A stretch of DNA of 64,000 nt from the NCBI GenBank assembly GCA_016748015.1, contig JAAOMT010000226.1, forward strand, positions 1,036,604-1,100,603, in the 5' to 3' direction. The notes beneath the pieces are model-generated. The model saw only the letters and a program-made list of their open reading frames with translations. It ran no database searches and was not told where the DNA came from. The position numbers and the translations under genes are program-made. Positions 13,813 to 26,300 of this stretch are shown piece after piece; the stretch's first letter is position 1, and every line of letters starts with the position of its first letter. Source of the stretch: Geosiphon pyriformis uo1 (Eukaryota > Fungi > Glomeromycota).

Positions 13813-15288
13813 TAATAATAATAATACTAAAATTTGATTTAACAAAAGTTTTATATTATGTTTTAGCATATTTAAATTTGATTTTAATAATAAAAAAATA
13901 AGTTTAAAAAAATATTAACCAAAATTGGTTTTAATTTATTAACATAATTAGTAAAAATAATCTAAATTCAAGATTTTTTATTAAAAACAATTAAATAAAA
14001 ATAAAAATATTTTAAAAAATTGTATTTTAATTCAAAATATTTAAAATATTTACAATTTTTACAGCAAATTAAATTTAATTTAATTTGTAACAAATTAATT
14101 TTATTAAATACAAAAATTATATAATAAGCTTTTTTTAAAATCTTTTTAGTTTTAAAACAAAAAATAACAAATTTTATCTTATTATTAATAGCAAATATAT
14201 AATTAATAACATTGTTTTTTACCAGTTTTTTTTAAAAAATTTCCAAAATTATGTATAATTATGTTTATAAACAAAATAAATAACATAATTTTAAATTTAT
14301 TTTTTTGTTTTTAAGTAATTTAATCTTTAATAATCTTAGCTATATATATTAAATTTTCATTAATAAAAAAAATTACTTGGAAATTAACAGATTAATTTAA
14401 TTTAATATGATAAACTTTATTACAATTTTTATTAAAGTATTAATTTTAATTGAATTAATATTATTTTTTTAATCTTAAATAAAATAATTATTTTTTTAAA
14501 AACATTTATAAAAATTTTCTTAATAATTCTTATTTAATTTGATTGTATTTTTTGTTTTTAAAATTTTTATTTGCCAAAATACTTTTATTAACAATTAATA
14601 TTATAGTCTTTTTTAAAATTTTTTAAACATAAATATAAATTTAATTAATTTTTTAAAATTTTGAAAGAATAGTAAATTTTTTAAAATTATTTACAATTAA
14701 AGATAATTTTCTAATTATTTACACTTTATTTATAGTATTTTTTTTTTAATAGCCAAAAAATTAATATTTAAAACATAAAATATTTTAATGCCAACTTTTA
14801 TTTTTTTTAATTATTATAAAAATTAACTATCTAAATTTTAAAACAATAAAATAAAAAAATAAAAAAAAAAATTTTCTTATTTTTAGAGTTATAAATAATT
14901 ATATTAAGTAAAAAAATCACTATTTTGTTAATATTTACTCTTTTTATTTTAATAATATTGGTTTTAAAATCCAAAAAAACTTTATTTTTATTACTAACTT
15001 CAAAACCAATATTTATTACAACAAACTTTTTTAGCCAACTTTTTCTTTGCTATATTACTATTTGTAATAACTACCAGTTTTAAAACAAAAAGATTTGTAT
15101 CTTGTAAAATAATATAAAATATAATAGGATAAAAAATAAAAAAATAAAATTTTTTGTTTTTAATAATTATTAATTTTTAAAATTATTTACAATTAAAAAA
15201 TATAAAACATTAAAAATCAATTTTTTTTTAAAGTTAAAAAATTTGTTTTAATTTAAAAATTAGCATGTATTTTTAACAATAAAAATAA

Positions 15289-15360
<72 letters not shown>

Positions 15361-15365
15361 TAATA
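15289..15365 (+). repeat. Compound (AAC)n(AAT)n microsatellite
   Basis: Directly visible in the sequence. Confidence 0.95.
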
Positions 15366-15969
15366 TAAACATTTGAATTTAAACATTTTTAATTATTTTA
15401 TGAGTTTCTTAAAATTTTAAAATTTACTTGGAATTCTTCAAAAATTAAAAAATTATCATTTCAATTTTTATATGTAAAAACAATTTCTGAATTTAAAATT
15501 TTTATGTTTACTAAAAATCTGTACACAATTTAACTTTCGCCATTAATTTGCAAAATCCTAATTTGTCTAATTTTACTTTTGCTGTTACTAATTTTGTGAT
15601 TTTAAAATTTGTATTATTTTATTCAATATTCTTCAAATTTTCCTGATTTTAATCACTCAGGTATGCTAACTTCATTTCATAAATAATAGCTTTTTTTCAG
15701 GATATGCAACTGAATCATCTATAGAGATTAAACTCTGACAAATTTCTTGAAGTACCGGCAAACTTTTGGCCAGCTGAGAAATTTCCATCAGGTTCCTGGT
15801 GTTTTCCCAAAATCTTTCAATTTAAAAGTTCTTATACATCAACTAAAACTCTAATACAACTTATTGGCCAGCTCTATGAAAAAGGTTTTTTTATAATGGT
15901 CCGATAGAAAAAATCTTATTATACCAGTTTCATTTTATTCATCTTGATAGATCAATAATTCCCAACTGC

Positions 15970-17040
15970 TTACTTATAAGATAGCTCACGGGGCTCAGTA
16001 CAAGCTGAGCTTATCCAGACCTTGACGGTAAAGGAACCATTCCTGTTTTTACCTTCTACCTTGGAATAATCAATCATAGAGTGTGTCATTTGTTTAAAAT
16101 GGAAGCTTCCAAGTGATTTGGTGGTGTTAGTGGTTCTAGAAGCACCCTTTCTAGTGCCCATTCTACCCGCTATTTCAATTCTAATACCAGCTAGGTGTAC
16201 AGGCATGAGGAAATTCCCAGCACGTATTAACTTTGTCCATTCTAAAGGATTTGGCGGACCGCTTTCTCGTTTTAGATTAGGAATTGGACGTCGTATCAAT
16301 GGACTCTTGGTGCTTATTGTTGTTATTGGCACTTTTTTGAAGATAGCCCTTAAAATACGTGGTATCGTATGGCGTGTTGAGTTGATGGCAATGAACTGCG
16401 CTAAAATGTAACTATTGAGATAAGGGTAGTGTAGTCGAGTTAGACTCAACTCAACCGGTTTACGATAGACGTCCGCAAGTATCTCTGCCATCGTCATACT
16501 GCTTCTTTTTTGACGAGTAGTCATACTAGAAGATATTGAATCTGTATTTGATGTGATATCTGTTTGCTCACTCTTTCCCGAATCATTTTGAGATAGAGAG
16601 TCTAGATTGGCGGCTACATTGACTGGCTGTTCAGGTTTTATCGATTCCTCGAATTCATGTTCTTCCCTTTGCTTCTTTTTCCACCAATTTCCAGTTGGAA
16701 AGGCCGTGAAATTGATTTCACCTGGACTACTGGAGGGACCTTTGGGTGCAAAGAACGCAGAAAGATTTAATGAGGGCCCGGGAGCTTCTCGTCGGTTACG
16801 ACTATTAGTGGTAGGGGCATAATAAAATAATCTAATCGCCACTTTGTTTGGATGGTGTCTTATAGAGCCTGGGCCAAAGGCAATAAGTATGTTTTGAGAG
16901 TTAAAAAAGTGCCGAAGAGCTAATTTAGTGCTTTCATCTTCGGATACCGTGCTATTCAATCGTGGGTGAAAAAGAAATTGGGTTTTTTGCCATTCTTGTT
17001 TTATCCCTAGACGCAAACTCCTTGCGTGATGGCGAGACAT
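15970..17040 (-). CDS. rps3: Mitochondrial ribosomal protein uS3m (Rps3/Var1-like), nuclear-encoded, single exon
   Basis: The N-terminus HARSLRLGIKQEW resembles the S3 start (PxGLRLGIxxxW). Fungal mt-Rps3 motifs VELSLTRLHYPYLNSYILAQ, GIRIEIAGR and NRNGSFTVKVWI are present. Intact 356-aa ORF. Confidence 0.8.
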   Translation of the reverse strand: MSRHHARSLRLGIKQEWQKTQFLFHPRLNSTVSEDESTKLALRHFFNSQNILIAFGPGSIRHHPNKVAIRLFYYAPTTNSRNRREAPGPSLNLSAFFAPKGPSSSPGEINFTAFPTGNWWKKKQREEHEFEESIKPEQPVNVAANLDSLSQNDSGKSEQTDITSNTDSISSSMTTRQKRSSMTMAEILADVYRKPVELSLTRLHYPYLNSYILAQFIAINSTRHTIPRILRAIFKKVPITTISTKSPLIRRPIPNLKRESGPPNPLEWTKLIRAGNFLMPVHLAGIRIEIAGRMGTRKGASRTTNTTKSLGSFHFKQMTHSMIDYSKVEGKNRNGSFTVKVWISSACTEPRELSYK

Positions 17041-17205
17041 TTGCTGGAAGGTGACTTTATTTTAAAATTTTGACAGAAAAGAGATTATCAATTAACATAT
17101 CTGGGAGATAATCAGCATGATTTTGCCATTAAAGCATAGTTTTAAGTTTAAATAAATTATAATTTAAACCAAAATTTATATGAAATCGCAGCAAAAAATT
17201 TCTAA

Positions 17206-18408
17206 ATGGCAGATATTCCACAAACTATTGTAGATGCCCTTCGAGCATCTAATATATGTGAACAAGTTTTTAACAGGACCTCAATATTAGGAGGCTGCGT
17301 GAATAATACGTTCAAAATTAACACCGAGAAAGGTCCATATTTTGTAAAGGTAATTTGAAAGTGAAAACACGCAAATTTATCACCTAAAAAAATTGAGTGC
17401 AACAAGCGTAAATTTCATTTTGTTAGAAAAAATTCCCTGACTGAAATTAAGAAATGATATATAATAGATGAATGATGGTCAAAATTCTTTGACAATGTTT
17501 CAAGGAGAATCCGAAGCTTTGAATGCTATTTCGAAAGCTGTTCCAAATTTTGCACCTACACCTTTATGTACAGGTTCATTACCAAACGGTGGAGCATTTC
17601 TTGTTACAGAATTTCTGCCATTGATATCAACTCATTCCAAAAATCAACAAATACTTCTTGGTAAAAAGTTGGCCCAATTACATTCTACTACGTCACCAAA
17701 TGGAAATTTTGGTTTTCCTGTGACAACAATGTGTGGCACAACTTTTCAAGATAATACTTGGGAAGATGATTGGGAAAATTTTTATAAAGAGAGAAGATTA
17801 ATGTCAATTCTTGAGAAATGTTTGAAAACTTATCCAGGTGATTCAGAATTGGAGCGATTAGGTATAATTATGGTGGACAAAGTGGTGCATCACCTTTTGA
17901 AGGATATCCAAATTCAACCATCATTGATCCATGGTGATTTATGGAGTGGAAATTGGGCCATCAATGCAAATACAAATGAACCTATAATCTTTGATCCCGC
18001 TGCGTGTTATGGTCATCGTGAAATGGAATTAAGCATAATGACCATGTTTGGAAGTCCATCAAATGGTAATTGGTCATATGAAAATTTAGATTTTTTGAAA
18101 TGAAAAAATTATGATTTTCTAATTTCTAATTTTTTACGGCGAAAAAAGATTTTTTTAAAGAATATCATAATCATCATCCAAAACAAAAACCTTTCTTTGA
18201 GGAACGTCAAGGTAATATATATATTCAAAGGAATTATGAATATCTATTTCTCTCTAGTATTTTTCTAACTTTAAAATTTTACTATTTCTTAGAGCTTTAT
18301 CAACTTTATCATTATTTGAATCATTATTATTTGTTTGGTGGAGGATATCGAAATAGTTCAATATCTATCATGAAAAAGCTAATTAATACACTGCCTAAAA
18401 TACACTAA
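17206..18408 (+). CDS. Fructosamine/ketosamine-3-kinase family protein, 4 exons
   Basis: GGCVN..YFVK | MFQGESEALNAI, FGFPVTTMCG, QDNTW, PSLIHGDLWSGN, FDPAACYGHREMEL, LYQLYHYLNHYYLFGGGY. Introns are GT-AG. Confidence 0.92.
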
Positions 18409-18665
18409 AAAAATAACAAAAGTTGTTTGCTTCTTTGCCTCACATCAGTGAATCACCTGACAAAAGAGGCTCATCGTTTCATAAATTAGTCATAATGAGA
18501 TATTTAACCCTTTCCGATTCATTCCTCTGCCGAGAGTCCTTCCAAATTTATGTGACGCGTACATAATTTTGATGATGATGATGATGATATAGTAAACGTG
18601 CTTGTTAAAAAAAAAATTTTCGCTTTTTTGTTGCCAAAACTCTTCTACTTTCTAAGCAAGTAATA

Positions 18666-20907
18666 ATGACTCCACAAAATCTGATACGAAAAGTTGGGAG
18701 TTGGGGGCCCACCGCAGCACAGGTTGCCTTGACAAAAGTAACTTTCAGATTTGGTTTAACAAGCAGACCATTGTTTGAACTTGAACCCAAAGTTTCACAC
18801 TGTTCGTATTTTGATTGTGAACTCTTGTTTTCTTCTCAAAGAAAGATTGGAGAATAGATAAATTTCAAACTCACCTTTGTTCTCAATTCCTAATCTTATC
18901 AGTTTCAAAGGTCCGCTCTTTCACAGCTTTACCACATTTTTATGATCAGTTCCACCTACAACCTTCACGTATATCGCCTTCAACGTTATTGATACCTTCA
19001 AAGAGCTGGGCCCATTCAAGACAATTACATGCACACAACGTTACCCAGGCACAACCAAAAGATGGCTTTCAATTAGGAGATTACGAAGGTTCTGATATTA
19101 TAAAATCCGATGGAAACCTTACAGTTCGTTTCAATAGCCTAAAAACCCTCTCGCCAGACATTCAAAAAGCTCTTAAGGAGGAATTCAAATATGAAACAAT
19201 GACGAAAGTCCAAAATGCTGTTTTATCCAAAGCCCCCATAACAAATGATCTTTTTGTTAAAGCCAAAACTGGTACAGGAAAAACACTCGCTTTTCTGATT
19301 CCCGCTGTCGAGACGGCGCTAAAAAACTTCGACTCCAAAGATAAAACACGAAATGTCACAATACTTGCCATCTCACCTACGCGTGAATTGGCTCAACAAA
19401 TTGCTGCGGAAGCCAAACGTCTTGTCAAATTTCTTCCGTTTGAAGTACATTGCTTGGTGGGTGGGGAATCAAAACCTAAACAGACGTCAGCATTAATGTC
19501 ACGTCGTGTGGACATAATTGTTGCCACTCCTGGTAGATTGACCGATATTTTGGAAAGTTTACCTGATTTTCGGCATCAATGTTCCAAAATGAAAACGGTA
19601 AATATATTGATTTGCCTGATTTGGTTATCACATTGCTATTTCCTCATTATTAATTAACTGCAAAAATTCCTGAATTCTAGTTGATTCTTGACGAAGCAGA
19701 TCAATTACTTGAAATGGGATTTCGTCAGGATATTGAGCGTCTTCTCAAATTTTTCCCAAAACAGAGGCAAACCTTCTTATTTTCCGCCACAATTTCTCCA
19801 GATATTCGTAAAGTGGCAGGTTTTGCCTTGAGAAACGATCACACTTTCATTGATACTGTTGATCCTAATGAAGCAAACACAAATACTCAAGTGAAACAGT
19901 CATTCATGATTGCTCCATGGAAAAATCATCTCCAAACCCTGCGTAATGTGATCGTCGATCATCAAGCATTGAATCCTATGGGTAAAATAATGATGTTTTT
20001 ACCTACAAGAAAAGCAACTGAGCTTTATGCAGAGATTTTTAGAATTTTTGGGGGTATTCAAGTTTTTGAGATTCAGTCTGGTCTGAATCAATCACAACGC
20101 ACAAGAGTATCAGAAAGATTTCGAAGCACCAAGTCAGGAGCAATGCTTGTAACTTCAGATGTTTCTGCTCGTGGTATAGATTACCCTGGTGTTACGCTGG
20201 TTCTTCAGGTTGGAGCTCCATCATCAAGGGATCAATATATTCATCGACTAGGTCGAACTGGTCGTGCAGGACGAGAAGGGCAAGGGGTATTAGTCTTGGC
20301 GCCATTTGAACAAAAATTTACAAAACGAATCCATGATTTACCTGTTAAGCCGATGGAAGTACCTATGAATAATGAAGATGACACTGTGAATGATGCTTTA
20401 AACAGATTAGATACTGGAATGGTAACAGATGCGTATAGAGCCTTTCTGGGTTATTGTGAGTTATGAAATTTATAATATTCAGTAAAATTTTTGTCAAAGT
20501 TTTTGTGACAAATAACTCTATCTAATGGCCAAGAAACTATTTTAGATATGGCTTGTTGTGATAACTTGGGCATTGATAGGAATTCCCTAAAGGAATATGG
20601 TCTTGGATTTTGTCAAGCTTTCGGGGTCAATCAACCTCGTTTAGGCCCAAGGGCCTCTCTAGGATTCGGAAAATCTGGTCCTTCAAGGAATTCAAGAGGT
20701 GGGGGTAATTCTTTTAGATCAGGGAATGGATTCGATCCTCGAGGTGGGGGCATGCGCAAAGGTTCATATGATAGTTTTTCTGATGTAAGGGATAGTGGTG
20801 CTAGGTTCTCACCTAGAGGAACTAGTCGTGGTGGTGGGAAATTCGGTCATAGCAGCCCCGCTTTTGGTGGTAGCCCTTCATATGGTGAAAGAAGAGCTCG
20901 CTATTAA
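18666..20907 (+). CDS. DEAD-box RNA helicase, MSS116/CYT-19-like, with RGG-rich tail (start codon and first intron uncertain)
   Basis: Q motif, AKTGTGKT, PTRELA, TPGRL, DEAD, SAT, ARGID and HRLGRTGRAG are all present. The N-terminus is Ser/Arg-rich and targeting-like, and the C-terminus is basic and Gly-rich. Confidence 0.88.
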
Positions 20908-21546
20908 GCACATGTAGAAAACTTATAGATCTCATCAAAATATCTAATTGGTTATCTATTTTATTAGAAATATACTAAAAAGAGGTCACCACAATTTTTA
21001 TTCTTTTTACATTAATGATGTATTAATTCTTAAATCACCTTTTAATTTTTAAGAACTAAATCGATCTTAATAGAGTGTCAATAAAAAATTGACTTTGACT
21101 TTAGGAAAGTTATAAACTTATTTGGTTACATTTTTGTTATTTGAAACCCATTTTAATTAAAAATTAATAAAAAATTGGTAAATAATTACAATTATATAAC
21201 TCAATAATTTAACAAATAATTATAATATATAATATATAATATATATTTTTATTAATTAACAAATACAGTTTAATTATTAATTATTAATTATTAATTATTA
21301 ATTATTATAATATAATTACAAAAAATTCCAAAATACTTTTATTATAACAACAATAATATTAGATAATTTGAATAAAAAAAACTTATAAAAAACTAATTAT
21401 AATTAAAAAAACTTCTTTCTTTCCTTCGTCCAAAATTCCCAAAAAAGAGTCAAAAGTTTTTTCGAAAGAAGTTTTTTACTATTCAGTATGATAAATCAAA
21501 ACTGTTTTTCAATTATGAGGCCACTGTTGGTCTTGTTATTGCTGTT

Positions 21547-23346
21547 ATAAAGAAGACTATTAAAGTTTCTGGTTCTGAGAATAGTTTCAAAGCAGTTGTG
21601 TCGAGGAAGAAGAGGAAGGAAGGTGTGTTGGTAGAGGGTATTGATAATAGAGGGGTTGCTGCTGAAGCTCCTGGTGCTCATTCATGGAGTTCTGAAACAG
21701 GTGACACTACTGAGTCAGAGAGTATTGACATAAAAAAGGAGTGCTTGGTTGAGGAAACCAGTGTTGACTATGGTGAGAGTGGTGCTTTCACAGAAGGGGA
21801 TCCTAATCAAACGCCAAAGGGATTGTGTGTAAAGACCAAAAAAATGTTAGGGAAGCCTTTAAGTGTGATTGATTATGATACTGTCAATACAGACAATGAC
21901 GTGTTAGATGATTTTTTTCTCCTTCCACCCCCTCTATCTATCAAACTGACCATTTAAGTGTCTGTTCGCAAGTCCTTCGCTTTAGATATTGATCTTGTGG
22001 CCATTGCTGGAAAGTCCTCTCAGAAAAAATTGAGTTTTATCAGGAAAATTTTTTCAAGTGTGAATGGTTTTGGGGAGGCTTCTACTCCCTCAAAATTTGG
22101 TGGAATTATTCGTGCAACTTTCACTTTGGAAAAGACAATGATGGCTGCTGGGAAGTTGGCAAATGATCATGGTATTATGGTAAACACCGATCTCAAGCAC
22201 TCTGTAAAAAGCCATACGAATTAGGCAATTGTGATGAAAAAAATTCCTGTGAAAACTTCCATGAAGGCTGTGCATGCTGTCATGTCTGAGTTTGGATTGA
22301 TTAAGTTGATCAAGATGCAACTTGTGAGTCTGTGGCAAAAAGCAATTATTGAATTAGAAAATCAGAATCAGGCTGATCTCTTGGCATCCAAATGGTCTAT
22401 CCTCATTGGAAAAGATATAGTACATGTGGCCAGGGCTGATGTTGACAAACAGACGTGGGATTCTAGGGACAAATTCAAGGCACTGCTATACACTTTTCCT
22501 GTAAGGACAAATGCTCATAATCTTTGGGATTTTGTTGGTTCAGTTGGTGGGAAAACATGTGTCATTGATCATAATCCTGTTAGCTACACCTATGCTTGCT
22601 GTACTATTGTTTGCTTTGGGTTTGAATCTGATCTAGTTAGTGTAATGGCTGCAACCCCAGTTATAAAAAGGATTGGCCTTCACTGGTCCCACCTCTTTTT
22701 GGCACTGTGTTCAGTCTGTGGTCTTTCTGGTTATACATCTCTCAATTGTGTTTTGGTTAAGGTTGGTTCAATCCTGAGGGGCAGAAAGGCACCTCTTTCT
22801 GCTCAAGATCAGATCAGGTTGGCAACTATCTATGCTCGGAAATCTGCACCCATTTCTTGTTCATTGGTCTTTAGTGGTAAGACTTGGGCATCAGTTGTTG
22901 GTGCTCCTCTGGTGCACAATTCTTATGGTGCTGGTTCACTTCTTGGTTCTGACAATGTTGGTAAACCTCTCCCTTCTGCTGCAGATGATTTGGAAAAATG
23001 TTTGGTTTGCATTGAAAGCAGTCTTGTCAGCCTTGTGGGACAAATTGGTGAGTTGGCTAAGAGATTAGAATTATTTATGCTGGCAGTTTCCCAGCTTAGC
23101 CCTGGATGTCAGCTGCCAGTAACCCCCCCATTGCAGAATCAAGGGGAGGATATAGTGATGGGAATGGGTTTGGGTGATGCCACTAGTGACAAGACTGCTG
23201 CTGTTCTGAGTTCAACTGCCTCACCTGAAGTTGTGAAATTGGAAAACATGTTGGAAGGTTTTTCTGCATTGATCATGTGTCTATCAGTGTGCTTGAATGG
23301 TTTGGCTTTGGCAGGTGGTGCTCTTCCTTTATCTCTTTCTCAATGA
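21547..23346 (+). pseudogene. LINE ORF1 (RRM-like region, CCHC knuckle, coiled coil)
   Basis: One reading frame broken by in-frame stops. CSVCGLSGYTSLNC is a degenerate CX2CX4HX4C. The likely start has mutated ATG>ATA. Confidence 0.8.
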
Positions 23347-26300
23347 GTGGTCTGGTATAGAAAATTGCCATGTGTAATGCTCATAGGTTGAACAATCCTG
23401 CAAAGCAAGATGATGTCATTTATTGGCACAAGGATATGAACAATTTGGTTTCTATTTTTACGAAATCAAAGCTTAAAGGGAAAGTTTGTCCATGGCTGGC
23501 TGACAAATCTGATGGTGTTTGGGTTTTTACTTCTGGTCTGAATGCTGATTCTTTGGGTGCTGGGGTGTTGATTGTCATAAATTCTTCTTTAGCAAAACAC
23601 GTCTGCAAGGTCTCTGAGGTGCCTGGTCAGCTCCTATCTATCAAGTTGCTTTTCAAAAATAAACTTTTAGTGTCTATTTTGGGGCTCTATGCAGGTGGTT
23701 TGGTTTTCTCAGACTGGTGAAATCAACTCTCTCATTGCTAAGGCCATTAATAAGTTTTTTTTTGTTATTCTTGGTGGTAATTTTAATGAGGATGGTTCTC
23801 ATAAATGTGTCAGTTTCAAAAAATGTTTTGATTTGGGTCTGATTAACTCTCTGAGGGGGAGCTCTTTTGTGAAGTTACCTACTTGGTACAATTTTCATGG
23901 TATCACTAAGACAATTGACTATGTGTTTGTTTCTTCTAATTTGGTTGGTGTGGTGGTGGATCATGGTGTGGATGGTGTTGAGGACTATTTTAATACTGAT
24001 CATAAGGCTGTTTATGTTTCTGTGGGACTGGGTGGCCTGCTCAATGTCCAATTGAACTTACTGCACAAACAAGCAAATAGAGATCATTGGAAGTATGATA
24101 TTAAAAATGCCAGTAAGATTAAGTAGTTAGAATTCAGAAATGCTATGGCTGCTAATGCTGTTATGTTCTCAAATAAGTTTGTTGCAGCTAAGCGGTTTTC
24201 TGATCTGGATGTGATGTGGGACATTATTCGTAAGATTATGGTTCTTTTGGCTGGTGGTATGTTTAAGAAAAAATGGTTTAAGAGTTTTGATTGTGTTTTT
24301 AATAAGGTGTCTTCCTGGTTTTATAAACTGGAGCTACTTGTGTCTAAACTGGTAAAGGCTTCTCAGTTGGTTTCTGGTGGGGATTTTGTCTTGTTGTTGG
24401 ATACTTGGAACAGGCTTGATTCTGTGGGTGCTTTGCCAGCAAAATTTCTGTTTTTTACTGGTGCCAGTTTTGATGCAATCCATTCTGGGCTGGCTAAGAT
24501 GAGAAAGTCTTACTGCTCTTCTAAGTTGTTAGAATCTAAGCATGTGGAAAAATCTTGTATAAGGCAGACTATTGAGAGGAGAATAGAGAGTTTTGAGGTG
24601 GATAAAGATCACACCATTAGAAGTGTTTTAGAGCGCCTTTTTCATAAAGTGGTGTTGGATTATTTAGTGGATGGTGGGGAGTTGGTCTTGGAGCCTGAGT
24701 TGGTTAAATCTAAGGTGAATGGAATCATGGAGAGTTAAACCAGGAAACGTGTGGTGGCTTCTGATATCTCTGGTGATTGGGCGAAGCAATTTCGGCCTTT
24801 GGATCATGTCTTTGATGGTATCTTTTCTAATGTGATACATTCAATCGGTTTTGATAAGATGTTTGGTGTTATTTCAGATTTGCCCGATGGGAAAGCAGCT
24901 GGTCTTTCTGGTATTACTAATGAACTTTGAAAACACTGTGACAAGTCAGTCTTGGATATGTTTTTGGTGCTCTTAAATTTTTGTTTGGATTGTGAGTCAG
25001 TATCTGGATCTTGGAGGAAAGCCTGGGTCTCGATAATTCCTAAACCTTATGAATGTGAAGAGGTTCTTACAAATATCTGCCCTATTGCTTTGATTGAGAC
25101 AGCTCACAAGGTCCTTTCCAAGATTTTTTTAGATTGGATCTCTCTGGCTTGTAGCACTTTTGATGTACTCTATGGGAACAATTTCTTTGTCCTGAAAGGT
25201 ATGTCTACTTAATCACTCATCTTCACTATTGGTTCAGTAATCGAAGATGCTTTGGAAAAGAACCAAGAGCTGTGACTGGTTTTACAGGATATGCACAAAG
25301 CTTATGATTCTGTTGGTTGGAAGCATCTCAAGAGAAGTTTGGTCAGGATCAAAATGTGTGACAAATTTATCAAATTTTTTGGTAGTATTCATAATGGTCG
25401 TACTAACAAAGTGATAACAAATTTTGGTTTGACTGGTGGATATTATGTTCACGATGGATTGGATCAGGGGGAGATTTTTTTACCACTTCTCTGGCGCATA
25501 TTTTATAATTCGCTTTTGTGTGAGGTTAAGAAACAGGAGAGCATTTGTGGTTACAGGTTGATTTCTCATTTTGTTTCTAAGACTGACCAGGTGGAATCTC
25601 AAGCTGGGCTGACATTGTTTTTGGCTGCTGGTGCTTTTGTTGATGATACTATCTGGGTCAATAGCAGCCAGGCTGCTACACAACACATTCTCAATGTTGC
25701 TAATGATTTCTTTCATTTAAATAACATTTTGATAAACAATGACAAGACTGTGACCATTCCTATCAACTGTTGAGTCACTGCTTCTTATTTAACTATCAGT
25801 GGTCTGCCAATTTTCATCACTAAAAGAGGTGAACCTCATCATTATCTGAGGATTTTTTTATCTTCTGAAGGTCTTTTGAAGCCTAGCTTGGTTAAAGCAC
25901 ATTCAGATATTCGGTTTTTCATCAATCGCATTCTAAGAAAAGTTATTTCAGATAAACAGTTTGCTTATTTGGTGTCTTCAGTTCTCTTTCCTATTATCAG
26001 CTACAGAACTCAGTTCAGTTTTATTCCCCTCAGTGTGTGTAATAAATGGGATGCTTTGATTTGCAAGGGCCTGAAATCTAAATCTGGGCTATCTCTGGAC
26101 TTTCCTAATGATGCACTTCATCATCTTTCCTTGTACAATTTAAAAACTTTTGAGCAGATTCAGGCTGAAAGCAAGTCAGCTTCTGTTATTGTTTTTGCGA
26201 ATTCAGTTGGTGTTTTGGGTTGTTTGTTTTCCTATAGGTCTCATGATCTCTAGGTTCTCAACTGGCATTCTCGTCACTCTTTGTTGTTTTCTGTTCATGT

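Larger units (their letters stand above)
9250..15500. repeat. Extremely AT-rich tract, probably fossil transposons
   Basis: G/C is nearly absent by eye and there are no credible ORFs. Recognisable LINE 3' ends are embedded at about 12.5 kb and 13.3-13.8 kb. Confidence 0.7.

Noticed and set aside
16118-16822. Plus-strand ORFs of 97 and 71 aa
   Set aside because: Antisense to rps3, with no independent support.
15970-17040. NUMT interpretation of rps3
   Set aside because: The ORF is intact, has nuclear-like base composition and has no flanking mitochondrial sequence.
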